Source: an uncultured Bradymonadales bacterium (GTDB lineage: Bacteria > Myxococcota_A > Bradymonadia > Bradymonadales > Bradymonadaceae). From it: a stretch of 64,000 nucleotides of DNA. Positions 1 to 9,500 of this stretch are shown here, in pieces. The stretch lies in the NCBI GenBank assembly GCA_964394615.1, contig CAYMYJ010000012.1, forward strand, positions 68,223 to 132,222, written 5' to 3'. Both the position numbers and the translations under genes were made by a program. Below the pieces are notes generated by a model that saw only the letters and a list, made by a program, of their open reading frames with translations, had not been told where the DNA came from and did no database searches. Each line of letters opens with the position of its first letter. Positions within the stretch are counted from its first letter, which is position 1.

Positions 1-354
1 GAAGACCGGAGCGGAGATTAATGTGCGATATCGTCCTTTTTTTCCGCGTGGGCCCTGGTGGGCGCTGATTCCTGCCACAAAGCGAATTCCGTCGAAATCC
101 CCTGTAACCACAGGCTCATGACTCAGGTCGCCTTGGAAATGGAGTCCCATGTCGTGGGCAAGTCTTCGCCAATGTCGAAGAGTTCTCAGAGGGTCGAATA
201 CCGCGCGGCGTAAGAGGATCAGGGCTACCATCGCCAAAATAGCGACGATAATCAGATTCTCGGGCTTTCCGTTGGACGTCAGAACAAGGTATCCTGCCAA
301 ACAAGGTACCAGGAGAATGGTTAAGAGAGCGATCCATGGTCGAAGAGCAAGCAT
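1..354 (-). CDS. Possible 5'-partial membrane protein running off the window start. It may instead be non-coding leader DNA upstream of hpf.
   Basis: Hand translation of the minus strand from ATG (complement of 352-354) is stop-free for 118 codons to position 1. It has two helix-like hydrophobic stretches (WIALLTILLVPCLAGYLVLT; LIIVAILAMVALILL). It is absent from the ORF track because no stop falls in the window. Usage of cga/aga/gga/tta codons is atypical for this genome. Confidence 0.25.
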   Translation of the reverse strand, partial: MLALRPWIALLTILLVPCLAGYLVLTSNGKPENLIIVAILAMVALILLRRAVFDPLRTLRHWRRLAHDMGLHFQGDLSHEPVVTGDFDGIRFVAGISAHQGPRGKKGRYRTLISAPVF

Positions 355-465
355 TAGCGGAATCTACGGCGAGGACACGTGATCATGCAACCATTTCTAC
401 TGGACGCGAGCAACGGCGTGAACATATTCGCCAGACCCAGTTGTCCCCGTGTAGGAGGAACGAGA

Positions 466-795
466 ATGCGCATTGAAACCGACATTGTCTTTCGTGACAT
501 GGACTCATCAGAAGCCGTGAAGGCATCCGTAGAGAAACATGTTGAAAAGATTGAGCGTCACTTCCCCGCAGTATCCAGATGTCGTGCTGTCATCGAACAG
601 TCGCATAAGAGCCAGTCTTCAGGGAATTTGTTCCATGTAGGTCTGGATATCAGCGTGCCCGGCGACACCGTCGTGGTCACAAAGGATGCAGGCAAGAAGC
701 CAGAACATGAAGACGTATACGTTGCGATTCGTGACGCGTTTGAAGCCGCGGAACGGCAGTTGAGTCGCTATACAGCAAAACGTCATCAGCACTAA
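466..795 (+). CDS. hpf: Ribosome hibernation promoting factor / RaiA (YfiA-HPF family, short form)
   Basis: Internal Met of ORF 379..795 (MRIETDIVFRDMD...), preceded by AGGAGG 7 nt upstream. Family-typical pattern: basic-acidic N-terminal region, FHVGLDISVPGDTVVV, C-terminal EAAERQLSRY. Size ~110 aa. Confidence 0.8.
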   Translation: MRIETDIVFRDMDSSEAVKASVEKHVEKIERHFPAVSRCRAVIEQSHKSQSSGNLFHVGLDISVPGDTVVVTKDAGKKPEHEDVYVAIRDAFEAAERQLSRYTAKRHQH

Positions 796-820
796 TTTCA
801 GTCTGATTTGTTATATTTGA

Positions 821-852
821 GAGGCATCCTTCGGGGTGCCTCTTCTGTTTTC
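821..852 (+). terminator. Rho-independent terminator after hpf
   Basis: Hairpin gaggcatcc-ttcg-ggggtgcctc followed by ttctgttttcgg, 26 nt after the hpf stop. Confidence 0.5.
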
Positions 853-944
853 GGCTGAGGGAAGGCACGATTGGGCGTCCCTAACACGGACAGCCTTGAA
901 TTTAATGAGTTACCAAGGCCGTTTCGCCACGTATAGTGCGCGCC

Positions 945-2546
945 ATGTTGACCTTCGAAAGCATAGGACTCCTTGTTGGCGGGATCGGGCTCTTCCTTTT
1001 GGGTATGGACCTGATGACCGATGGACTGCGCCTTGCGGCTGGCGATGCCTTGGTCAAGGGCATGAAGTCCCTGACGGGCAACCCATTTCAGGGCATCTTG
1101 TCTGGCGCGTTTGCAACGGCCATCGTTCAGAGTTCCAGCGCAACGACGCTGATGACGATTGGAATGGTCAGCGCCGGGGTTCTTTCATTTCAGCAATCGG
1201 TCGGCGTCATTTTTGGGGCCAATATCGGTACGACCATGACGTCTTGGATCGTGGCGGTCGTGGGCCTGAAATTCAAAGTCTCTGCGTTCGCGTACCCCTT
1301 TGTCGGGGTGGGCGCGATGGTTCGCACGCTCGCAAAGGGACGATGGCGCCATTTCGGTGCGGCGCTAGCTGGATTTGGACTGCTTTTTGTCGGGATCGAC
1401 CTTTTGCAGGGAGGTATGGCGGAGCTCGCCTCGGTCATCAACACCGAAGCGCTCGATCCTGAGACCTTCCTTGGTCGCCTGGGTTTGGTGGGGGCGGGCC
1501 TTCTGATGACGGTCATTATGCAGTCTTCAAGTGCTGCGATCGCCTCTACATTGGCCGCCTTGGATTCAGGGGCGATCACGGTTGGGGCCGCAGCGGCCCT
1601 TGTGATCGGGCAGAATCTGGGAACGACTGTTACGGCGGTCATCGGCTCGGTCGGCGCCAATATCCCCGCGCGACGCACGGCCATGGCGCATATCGGCTTC
1701 AATGTCGTGGCTGGCGTTGTGGCGTTTGCGATTTTCCCGTTCTTTGAAACCGCGATGACGCAGGCCTCGACGATTCCTGGGTTGGCTTCACCGGCCACGC
1801 AGATCGCGGCCTTTCATACGGCATTTAATGTTCTGGGATTGCTGATTATTCTGCCGTTTTTTGATCCGTTTTGCCGGGCCGTCGAGCGATTGATTCCTGG
1901 CAAACCTCGTCGCTACACGTCGGGGTTGGATTCCTCGTCCTTGAAAGTGCCGGCGGTCGCCATCGTTGCGGTGCACGGTTCGCTTTTCGAAATTCTCAAG
2001 GGGTCCGCGCAGATGACGCTCGCGGGAATCAAATCTGGCCCTGATGGGCAGGATTTCGGAATGCTCGAAGAGGAACTGGGCCGCGCGCGTGAATTCTTGC
2101 TCTCGATCGTCTCGGATCCCTCGCAGAAGGCGATTCATCAGCAACATATCGATACGCTCCATGCGATGGATCACATCGACCGATTGGTGAACATCATCGT
2201 CAAACCGTCGTTTTATCTGCAAGCACGAGGTTTGGACGAAAACGATCCATTCAGGGTTTCCGTGGCTGACGCTCTGCAGATTGTGATCGACACGAAAGCG
2301 CCGTCGTCCGCGGCTGTCGCCGAATTGAGGGAGCTTTCACAGGGAGCGGCGCGCCAGCGTGCTCAGATGCGAGACCATATTTTGGACTCAGCGGCACATC
2401 GCGGCACTCCAGAGCCCACAGAGCTGACCGATAGGCTGCGGTTTATCGTGCGATCCGACCGAATTCTGTACCACCTGTGGAGAGCTTCTCAGCATCTAAG
2501 TGGAACTGAGGACGTATCGTTGCACACGGCGGACGACGAGACGTAA
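945..2546 (+). CDS. Na+/Pi cotransporter family protein with C-terminal PhoU-like domain (YjbB/NptA-like)
   Basis: ORF 936..2546 starts on GTG; the first ATG is at 945. It has paired GxNIGTT(M/V)T motifs (ANIGTTMTSW; QNLGTTVTAV) and a QSSSA(T/A) signature. Multiple TM helices are followed by a soluble helical tail. Confidence 0.85.
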   Translation: MLTFESIGLLVGGIGLFLLGMDLMTDGLRLAAGDALVKGMKSLTGNPFQGILSGAFATAIVQSSSATTLMTIGMVSAGVLSFQQSVGVIFGANIGTTMTSWIVAVVGLKFKVSAFAYPFVGVGAMVRTLAKGRWRHFGAALAGFGLLFVGIDLLQGGMAELASVINTEALDPETFLGRLGLVGAGLLMTVIMQSSSAAIASTLAALDSGAITVGAAAALVIGQNLGTTVTAVIGSVGANIPARRTAMAHIGFNVVAGVVAFAIFPFFETAMTQASTIPGLASPATQIAAFHTAFNVLGLLIILPFFDPFCRAVERLIPGKPRRYTSGLDSSSLKVPAVAIVAVHGSLFEILKGSAQMTLAGIKSGPDGQDFGMLEEELGRAREFLLSIVSDPSQKAIHQQHIDTLHAMDHIDRLVNIIVKPSFYLQARGLDENDPFRVSVADALQIVIDTKAPSSAAVAELRELSQGAARQRAQMRDHILDSAAHRGTPEPTELTDRLRFIVRSDRILYHLWRASQHLSGTEDVSLHTADDET

Positions 2547-2589
2547 AGTCTTCCAGCTGAATAATTTTTTGAGTTTGGAGAAAGAAAGA

Positions 2590-3579
2590 ATGAAGCCATT
2601 AAAAACACTTGCAGGCCTCTGTCTTCTGGGAACCCTGAGCTCGCCAGCCTACGCGGCAATCGTACAGGACGAAGGCAAAACAGAGGTCTCGGTGGGGGCG
2701 CTGACGCGCTATCAGTTTGAAGTCGAAAATGCGGACGATGAAACGCGGATCGGCTCCAATCTTATGACCGGCCGTCTGCAGGTATCGGCAGTGCACCATG
2801 ATGTTGGAAACGTCGCGGTTCAATACGACGCCGTCTCCTCTACGTTTTTGGACGCGTTTGTGGATATTTCGCGAAATTCACCTGTCGGAATTCGTGTTGG
2901 ACGTTTTCGTACGCCGATCGGCGCCGAATGGCAGATCGGCCTGAAAGACCTGCCTACGTCCTCGCGGACGCTCATTGCTCAACGCGTGCTTGGTCGCGCG
3001 ACCGGCCTTGATGTGTATGCCGACTTCAAATTGGGCGAGGTCGAGTTTCGGGCGGACGTGGGACTTTATAATCCAACTCTGAGTACACGAATCGAAGATG
3101 GGCAGGTCCTTGGTCAGCGCTTAAGACTGGGATTTAAGGGCCTCTTTTTTCATGCGGCGTACGCCACGCATGTGATGGGTGACAACGACCTGTCGAATGG
3201 TGGTCGAAACCTGCCATTCGAGGACCAGGTCGACCTTGCGCTTGGCTATGAAAAAGCAGGATTTCGACTGCATGCCGAGGCTTTCATATCTTTCGATCCG
3301 ATCATTGCCGATGAGACGGTTTGGAATGTGTACGGTCTTGCTTCGTATGTCGTGGGCGATCCCAAAACCGCTGTTGCCTGGGAGCCCACCATCGCATTTG
3401 ATCACGAGTTTTCGGGGGAAGATCGCGAAGATCGAAATCGCCTTCAGCTTCTGGTTAACGTTTTGTGGTCCGAGCGGGATTTAATGACATCTCTCGGTGT
3501 TAGCAGGACATCTCAAATCGTTAACGGCGAGGACCAATCGGATCTACAGGGATTTTTCTTCGTTCAGGGTGCGATCTAA
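2590..3579 (+). CDS. Outer-membrane porin, possibly a phosphate-selective OprO/OprP-like porin given the adjacent Na/Pi transporter
   Basis: Start at MKPLKTLAGLCLLGTLSSPAYA (signal peptide with AYA-A cleavage site), with GGAGAAAG RBS upstream. Beta-strand-rich alternating pattern, ~330 aa. The porin subfamily call is inference from context. Confidence 0.55.
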   Translation: MKPLKTLAGLCLLGTLSSPAYAAIVQDEGKTEVSVGALTRYQFEVENADDETRIGSNLMTGRLQVSAVHHDVGNVAVQYDAVSSTFLDAFVDISRNSPVGIRVGRFRTPIGAEWQIGLKDLPTSSRTLIAQRVLGRATGLDVYADFKLGEVEFRADVGLYNPTLSTRIEDGQVLGQRLRLGFKGLFFHAAYATHVMGDNDLSNGGRNLPFEDQVDLALGYEKAGFRLHAEAFISFDPIIADETVWNVYGLASYVVGDPKTAVAWEPTIAFDHEFSGEDREDRNRLQLLVNVLWSERDLMTSLGVSRTSQIVNGEDQSDLQGFFFVQGAI

Positions 3580-3627
3580 GGTGTATTGCGTTGGCGTATT
3601 TATGTGTGCGCCAATGGCGTTGTTGGT

Positions 3628-4371
3628 ATGACCTTCCAACCAAAAATCACAAGGGGGAAAACCTCCGAAGGTCGGCTGCGACTGGTGGACGCGTATCTGC
3701 TTGAACGCCATCGCTCTGCGTTGGAGTCCGGTCCATTTGTGGACCTCGGTTGTGGGGTGGGTGGACTCACCACCATCGAGTCCAAATCCGCGATCGAGCA
3801 AGCAGGTTTGGTCGTGGAAATCTGGGCTGTGGATGCGGACGAGGCTCGGCTGCCAGCGGTCGACGGCATCCAGACCTCCACCGCGTTAGAAGTTGTCGAT
3901 ATCGGTGTGCTCCGCGCCATGAATGTCTTGAGGCAATATAATGTCGACGACTCGCTGGCAGCGCTCTCAGAATGGTCCACGCACTTGTCTACGCAAGGTG
4001 TTTTGGTCGAGGGAACCTCGGATAAACATGGAGAACTCGCCGCTTTCTTTTGTCTGGGGCGCAGTCCTGAGTTGGTCTTGATGACCACGTTTTCTCGAGA
4101 TTTTGGGCCATGGATATTCAGGGACTACTTGCCCCAGCTTTGGCGCAGATCTGTCAAACCTGGGACTGCACTCTTTGGTTTCTTTAGGGCGTGGGCGGCT
4201 GAATTCCAGGCAAGCTCGGAGTGTACAGATGCGCCATCCCGTTTTTTTGCGAGTCTGGATGCGCTTGGTATCGATGGGCTTAAAGCAGGCAGCATCGACG
4301 GATCCGCCTATTTGAGCCTGCCAGTGGTCTGGGATCCACAAAACCACGCGATCCCGGCGCTCGGACTTTAA
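3628..4371 (+). CDS. Hypothetical protein with SAM-methyltransferase-like motif I (VDLGCGVGG); start uncertain
   Basis: ORF 3586..4371 begins on TTG; the first ATG is at 3628. VDLGCGVGG resembles MTase motif I. There is no signal peptide. Confidence 0.4.
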   Translation: MTFQPKITRGKTSEGRLRLVDAYLLERHRSALESGPFVDLGCGVGGLTTIESKSAIEQAGLVVEIWAVDADEARLPAVDGIQTSTALEVVDIGVLRAMNVLRQYNVDDSLAALSEWSTHLSTQGVLVEGTSDKHGELAAFFCLGRSPELVLMTTFSRDFGPWIFRDYLPQLWRRSVKPGTALFGFFRAWAAEFQASSECTDAPSRFFASLDALGIDGLKAGSIDGSAYLSLPVVWDPQNHAIPALGL

Positions 4372-4697
4372 TCTGTCTTGGGTTCCGGAGTCTCGCGCGC
4401 TGAAACGACGTACTTTGTTATGAGTTCGATATCGGCTGCGCTGATCTTTGCGTACTCGGCGCCCATTTCCTGAATCGTGGCAGGCCATTCTGCGGGCGTC
4501 AGCTCAGATGGGGGCGGCAGATTATGGCATCCCGAGCACTGGTTCACAAAAATGCGTCGCCCCTCCGTGAGTTCCGCCAGTGTGGCGGTTGGCCAGCGAT
4601 TCTGGGCGATTTCGAGCTGCGCGGGCGTGGGTTCGGGCACCATTGTCGCACAGGCCGTCAACCCGATCAGCAGCATTACGATTGCCATGGATTTCAT
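4368..4697 (-). CDS. Small mono-haem c-type cytochrome lipoprotein
   Basis: Start at MKSMAIVMLLIGLTACATM (lipobox LTAC). Single CSGCH haem-binding motif, ~109 aa. Sits 2 bp downstream of the minus-strand OMP gene. Confidence 0.6.
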   Translation of the reverse strand: MKSMAIVMLLIGLTACATMVPEPTPAQLEIAQNRWPTATLAELTEGRRIFVNQCSGCHNLPPPSELTPAEWPATIQEMGAEYAKISAADIELITKYVVSARETPEPKTD

Positions 4698-4699
4698 CT

Positions 4700-5479
4700 T
4701 CAGATCTCGAATGAAAAAAGTAGTCGAGCACTGACGGCTTCGTTGTGGTCCAAATCCGTACCGGACCCCACGCCTTCCTTCGAAAGGGCAGGGAGTTGCG
4801 GAAGCACCGAAAACGCCATCCACCACCCCTTGGCTGCATAGGCTACTGTGGGGCCAATCCAAAGCGCGGAATACTCAAGATCCTCATATTCAGGCAGCGC
4901 ACTCTGGTTGCGGGCCTCGATGCCCAACGAGAAATTCCTTGAGACGAAATAAGCGGCACCCACGACAACGGAAAGCTCAAGTTCGTCTTCACCGTCCTGG
5001 CCGAGGCCCATTTTGTGTTCGCCGATGAGATTCGCCGCGAGCAGAACGTTTCCGATTCTCTTGTCGAAGAGCAATTTTGCTTCGAATTTCAGTTCGTCGG
5101 TCGCAGCTCCGACTTCGCCATAGAGGGCGAAACCAAACGCGTCGGCCACGGGGTCGCTCAGGCGCAGCTTCCATTCGTTTGCCACACCGCTGTAACGAAA
5201 CACCGACGCATTAACACCGGGTTCGGTCTCGGCCGTAATGGCTCCGAAGTTCAGGTAGAATGCGGTCTGGAGGTTCTCGGTGACGCCGACTTCGAACTCA
5301 AGCTTGTGGTCGAATCGAGCGTAGTAGTTGTCGCGGCCTAATCGCGCTGTCGTCCAAACTTCGATTTCTCGTTCATTCACGGGAAGCACGCCAGTTTGGT
5401 AGGCGTAGGTGAAGTTGCGGCCGTTGGCTGAAGCTGATGTGGCAACCAGAAGCAGCAGGGCGGTCAAAATGAGTGTCAT
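4700..5479 (-). CDS. Outer-membrane beta-barrel protein (hypothetical)
   Basis: Internal Met start at MTLILTALLLLVATSASA (signal peptide). Alternating hydrophobic beta pattern, C-terminal ...LLFSFEI, ~259 aa. Confidence 0.55.
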   Translation of the reverse strand: MTLILTALLLLVATSASANGRNFTYAYQTGVLPVNEREIEVWTTARLGRDNYYARFDHKLEFEVGVTENLQTAFYLNFGAITAETEPGVNASVFRYSGVANEWKLRLSDPVADAFGFALYGEVGAATDELKFEAKLLFDKRIGNVLLAANLIGEHKMGLGQDGEDELELSVVVGAAYFVSRNFSLGIEARNQSALPEYEDLEYSALWIGPTVAYAAKGWWMAFSVLPQLPALSKEGVGSGTDLDHNEAVSARLLFSFEI

Positions 5480-5652
5480 TTCTTTTTGTGCGAGCAAGTG
5501 GGTCCTTGTGTGATTTTGAGAATCAGTATCATTTTCATTTGGGGTGTCAAGGCGTTTTGTGACGATCTGAAAAAGCCTGAAGGTTGATTCAGCCTCCTTG
5601 GCGGGAAGTTCCGGGTGTTCTACCGTGCCTTCATTCAAAGAATGGAGGACAG

Positions 5653-6525
5653 ATGGAAGCAGGTTGGATTCAAGCAGATGACGGCTACGCGTTGAGCGTG
5701 GAACTCGGCAAAATCGTGTGTAAGAACGCGAAGGGCAACGTGCTCAAGTCCGTGCCATCCAAGCTCAAAAGCTCGGAGCCCTACGAGCAACTTCGACTCG
5801 CCCTGGAGTGGCTTTCGGAGCACGACCGACAATGCGCAGAAACGGTTGATGCCTGGATGTTGCGGTCTTTGTCCGTGCCGCGTGCCATCCTTGAAAACGT
5901 ATGGCGGGATGCCGGCTGGCGAACCCATTTGGAGCACACGATCGTCGCACCGGAAGGATCCACGGATGAATCCGAGATGGGCTTTTTTCTGGGTGTCGAT
6001 TCCGAAAAAGGCGTGGGCCTTGTGAACATCGACGGCGAGACCATCTGGCTTTCGATCGACGCGGTTCAATTGCCTCATCCTGTCTTGATTCCTGAACTCG
6101 ATGATTTCCGCGAGTTGGCGGCAGAACTCGACTTCAAGCAGGGAATCCAGCAGCTTTTTCGTGAAGTTCACGTGAAGCCGTCCGAATTCGATGAAAATGC
6201 GACCAGTATTTCGACCTTTGCCGACGGGAAATTCGACCAACTAAATTTTGCGTTGGGTCGTTGCCGAACGCTTGGGTACCCCGTGCGAGGTGGGTTTGCG
6301 TGTTGCCCAGTGTTCGAAAAAGGTGCCTACGCCGAAGCTCGGTTCTGGATTGGCTCTGAGGACCCATTTTACGAGTCCTACACAGGGGAGTTGATTTGGG
6401 TTGATACCCGCGAACGACAGATTCCGATTGCCAATGTCGGGGCTGTGGCGTTCTCAGAAGGGATGCGCATGGCGAGCGGCATCTATGCCTCGAGATCGAA
6501 AGAGGAAACGGAAGAAAAAGATTGA
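5653..6525 (+). CDS. Hypothetical 291-aa cytoplasmic protein; leader gene of the giant-paralog operon
   Basis: Internal Met of ORF 5584..6525 (MEAGWIQADDGYALSVE...) with AGGAGG-like RBS (aatGGAGGacag ATG). Its stop lies 8 nt before the ATG of the first giant gene. A degenerate copy of its promoter and first ~17 codons recurs at 16444-16530. Confidence 0.6.
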   Translation: MEAGWIQADDGYALSVELGKIVCKNAKGNVLKSVPSKLKSSEPYEQLRLALEWLSEHDRQCAETVDAWMLRSLSVPRAILENVWRDAGWRTHLEHTIVAPEGSTDESEMGFFLGVDSEKGVGLVNIDGETIWLSIDAVQLPHPVLIPELDDFRELAAELDFKQGIQQLFREVHVKPSEFDENATSISTFADGKFDQLNFALGRCRTLGYPVRGGFACCPVFEKGAYAEARFWIGSEDPFYESYTGELIWVDTRERQIPIANVGAVAFSEGMRMASGIYASRSKEETEEKD

Positions 6526-6533
6526 GGGGATTT

Positions 6534-9500
6534 ATGGACGCGACGAACGCTCAGCTTCGGGTCGGTGGTTTTGTTTTGCCCGATGTCCAGGTCTCGGCCG
6601 ACATCCCAGTGGACATTGTGGACGCGCGGGCGTTTGTTCACCCGGGTCTTCCTGGACGTGAAATCGTGCGTCTAACACCTCGCGCGCTGGCCTTGGGCGA
6701 AGACGCGGCCATGGATACTCTGGGTTTTGCGCTGCAAAACGTCTCGACGGGGATTGCGATCGCCCAACAGAAGTCACTGGGCTTTCCGAATTGGGTCTTG
6801 GTGCACGCCCCGAAGGACGCCGGGCAGGCCTTGGCAGTTGCGCGCAAGTTCCGAAAAGAATCTCGCAAGGCGTCTGCAAAACCAGGTGCCGCGAAATCAA
6901 CTTTTGATGCGCTGATTGCCGACGTTTCCGAGTCCACCCCACACTTTTTGCCCACGCTATGCGAAGAAATGGGGCGAGTGTTCATGGAGACGGGAAATAC
7001 GTCCTACGCGGCGATGTTTTTCGGGAAGGCCCGCGATTCGGAGCAAAAATACGCTCTGGAAATTGATGAAGAACGTCGTCGCGCGGTATTTTTGGAGTTC
7101 ACGCTCGCTGGCGCAGTGACAGGCAAGTCGATGACCGAATACGCCAAGGATTTGGCGCGTCGCTACGACGACTCGACGGCCTACGATTTTTGGGTCGATA
7201 TTTGTGTTCGACGCACGCTGGGTGGCAATCCGCCGACGTCGGCGATGTTTAAGGACTTGAAGCGGTTATCAAAGGCAGCGGGCTTGAAGCCAGAGGTCGG
7301 CGAGGACGCCGTGTTATCCCAAATTTGGCTTTCTCCGTCGCTAGGCCGCGCGCCGGCCTCGGTTTGGAAAGACCTGCGTGCAGCGTTTGTACGTCTCGCA
7401 AAGGTAGAAAAAGACCTGCCGACCCACCTGCTTGGGGTGTTTCCACACGCGCTTCGCTCGGAAGATGGATTTGGCGATTTCTGGTTCGACTTGCTTCAGG
7501 AATTAGGGGCGATTGGGGTGCTGGAAGGCCGAAAGAATGGCGGGATTGCGCGATGGTTTTCCGCTTATATCGCAGGCTCTAGGTCCTCATCTTGGTATGG
7601 CCGCCAACGCTTTCCCGAGGCCGGTTTTGCCCTCCTGGCTCGGATCGCCAAACCTCTAATTAGCGAACAAATGCCGGTCGTGATTGGGGGGGACGGTTGG
7701 GGCGAAGATGCTGACCTCGATTTGCTCGATTACATGCTGGAGTTGGGCATCTTGGTCGACCCGGGCAAGGCCTCGTTTGATCTTAATCAATGGATGCAGG
7801 CACCCGAGGAATCCACGGTCTATTTGCGGGATCTATCATTCGTTGCAGCGCACGCGAGCTTTGGCACGCGGCTTGATGAGGCCGTGTCTAGCGTCATCGA
7901 CGACCAAGAGTTTCACGACGCAGCCCACGGGAAAGCCGGATTGGGGCAGGCGCGCGAACGCTGGTTGATGGGGAAGCTTGCTGCCTTGCCGACCGGCTCG
8001 GTGGCGGCCTTTGGTCGTGTTGTTTCGGACCTCATCGATGCCACAAATGCCTCGACTTTTTTAGAATTTCCAGTCGTTTGGGATGCACTTCAGAACCTGG
8101 ATTTGGTTGCTCCTCTGCATGCGACTTTGAAACGCGGGTTTTTGGGGGAATTCGATTGGCCAGAGGCACGGAAAGCCGCATCAGAACTGGCGATCGGTGA
8201 GGAGGAAGATTCAGTATCGGGCGTGTTTCCAAATCTTGTTCTGTATGATCAGAAGCGCGCGATCGTCATTAATGGCCAAGAACGCGTCTTTGAACACGAT
8301 TTTAAACTGAAAAAAGGCGACGAAGTTCAGGATTTACGTTTCGTGGACGGACAGCTTTGGGTGAATCTTTACGACGACGATTACGACCGTGTTTCTTATT
8401 GGAGTGGCAATCCGAAAAAGCGCTTCGAAGGCCAATACATGTCGTACGGGACGGATTTCGCGGTGCATCGTGCCGATGGTTCGGTCGTTGAGGGCAAACG
8501 CGCGTATCGGGCCGGTGAGGAGACGATTCCTTTACTTGATAATTTCTGGAGCGACGGGGAGACGTTTTGGGCAACCAAGTCGTGGGATGATCCGAGAGTT
8601 TATGAATTTGACCCGGAGACGGGCGCAGACGGGCGAGCGTCGCTGCCCAAAGTTATCGAAGATGTTCTGGAGGATGGATGGGCACTTCAAGTTCATTCAT
8701 CGAAGGTTTATCCAGTGCCGCCGACTTCCCTCTACGGTGCCGTTGACGGCGTGTATTTTAAGGCCGTCTTTAAAAAAGATGACGAGTACCTGACCAAGAC
8801 ACCGCTGGGCCAAGCGCCGAAGTCGGTGTCGTCGTTGATTCGTATGCCAGGCGGCGAGATTGTTGAATTGGACAGTGATTTCGCAATCCTGGCCTTGGAC
8901 GGAGCGCTCCTAGATGCGTCAGAGGCGCTGCCTGGACTGCCAATGAGTTTCGAGTGTTTTCATCATTTTCAAGTCACGGATGAGCGCGCGTCGTCGATTC
9001 TGAGAAATATCGAGAATGCCGCTGTTTCTTCGTTGTTGGCGGCTGCAATTCAAGCCTCTCCAACCAAAGCGATTTTGCCCGAAAAATGGATGATGGGGGC
9101 GACCTTGCCGCTTATGGATGTCACTAAAAACATCTTCGGTGATTCGCCTCTTGAGCCTGCTCTGGTGCGTCTGGTCGAGTCCTACGTCGTTCATATTGCC
9201 TCGTTAGCTGGACATATTCGTGGCGCCGATCCGCGATTTGCCGTCAGTGCTGAGAATTCGATTCCAGACTCTGAGGTTTGGGCGAGTTTTGAGAGCGTGA
9301 CCAGTGGTGGAGATTATTGTTTCGACAATGAAACATACGACGACGAGCGGGAGCTCAGCACGGGGATCATTGCCCTGGCCGAGTTTTTTAAAAACGGAAT
9401 TAAACCAGCAATTTTTGCCAACTATTCTTGCGATTTCTCGTGGGTTTTTCGCCATCCGAAAGTACTGGCTTGGGTGGCATGTGGACCTTGGATTTCGGGG

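Noticed and set aside
149-382. 77-aa plus-strand ORF upstream of hpf
   Set aside because: Extremely basic (Arg/Lys-rich) with no RBS or motifs, and overlapping the alternative minus-strand frame. Unlikely to be coding.
1190-1798. 202-aa minus-strand ORF inside the Na/Pi cotransporter gene, and the 208-aa plus-frame ORF at 836-1462
   Set aside because: They overlap a strongly supported transporter frame with conserved motifs. Antisense and alternate-frame artefacts.
6401-6661. 86-aa ORF spanning the leader-gene/paralog-A junction
   Set aside because: Out of frame with both flanking well-supported genes; Lys/Arg-rich read-through artefact.
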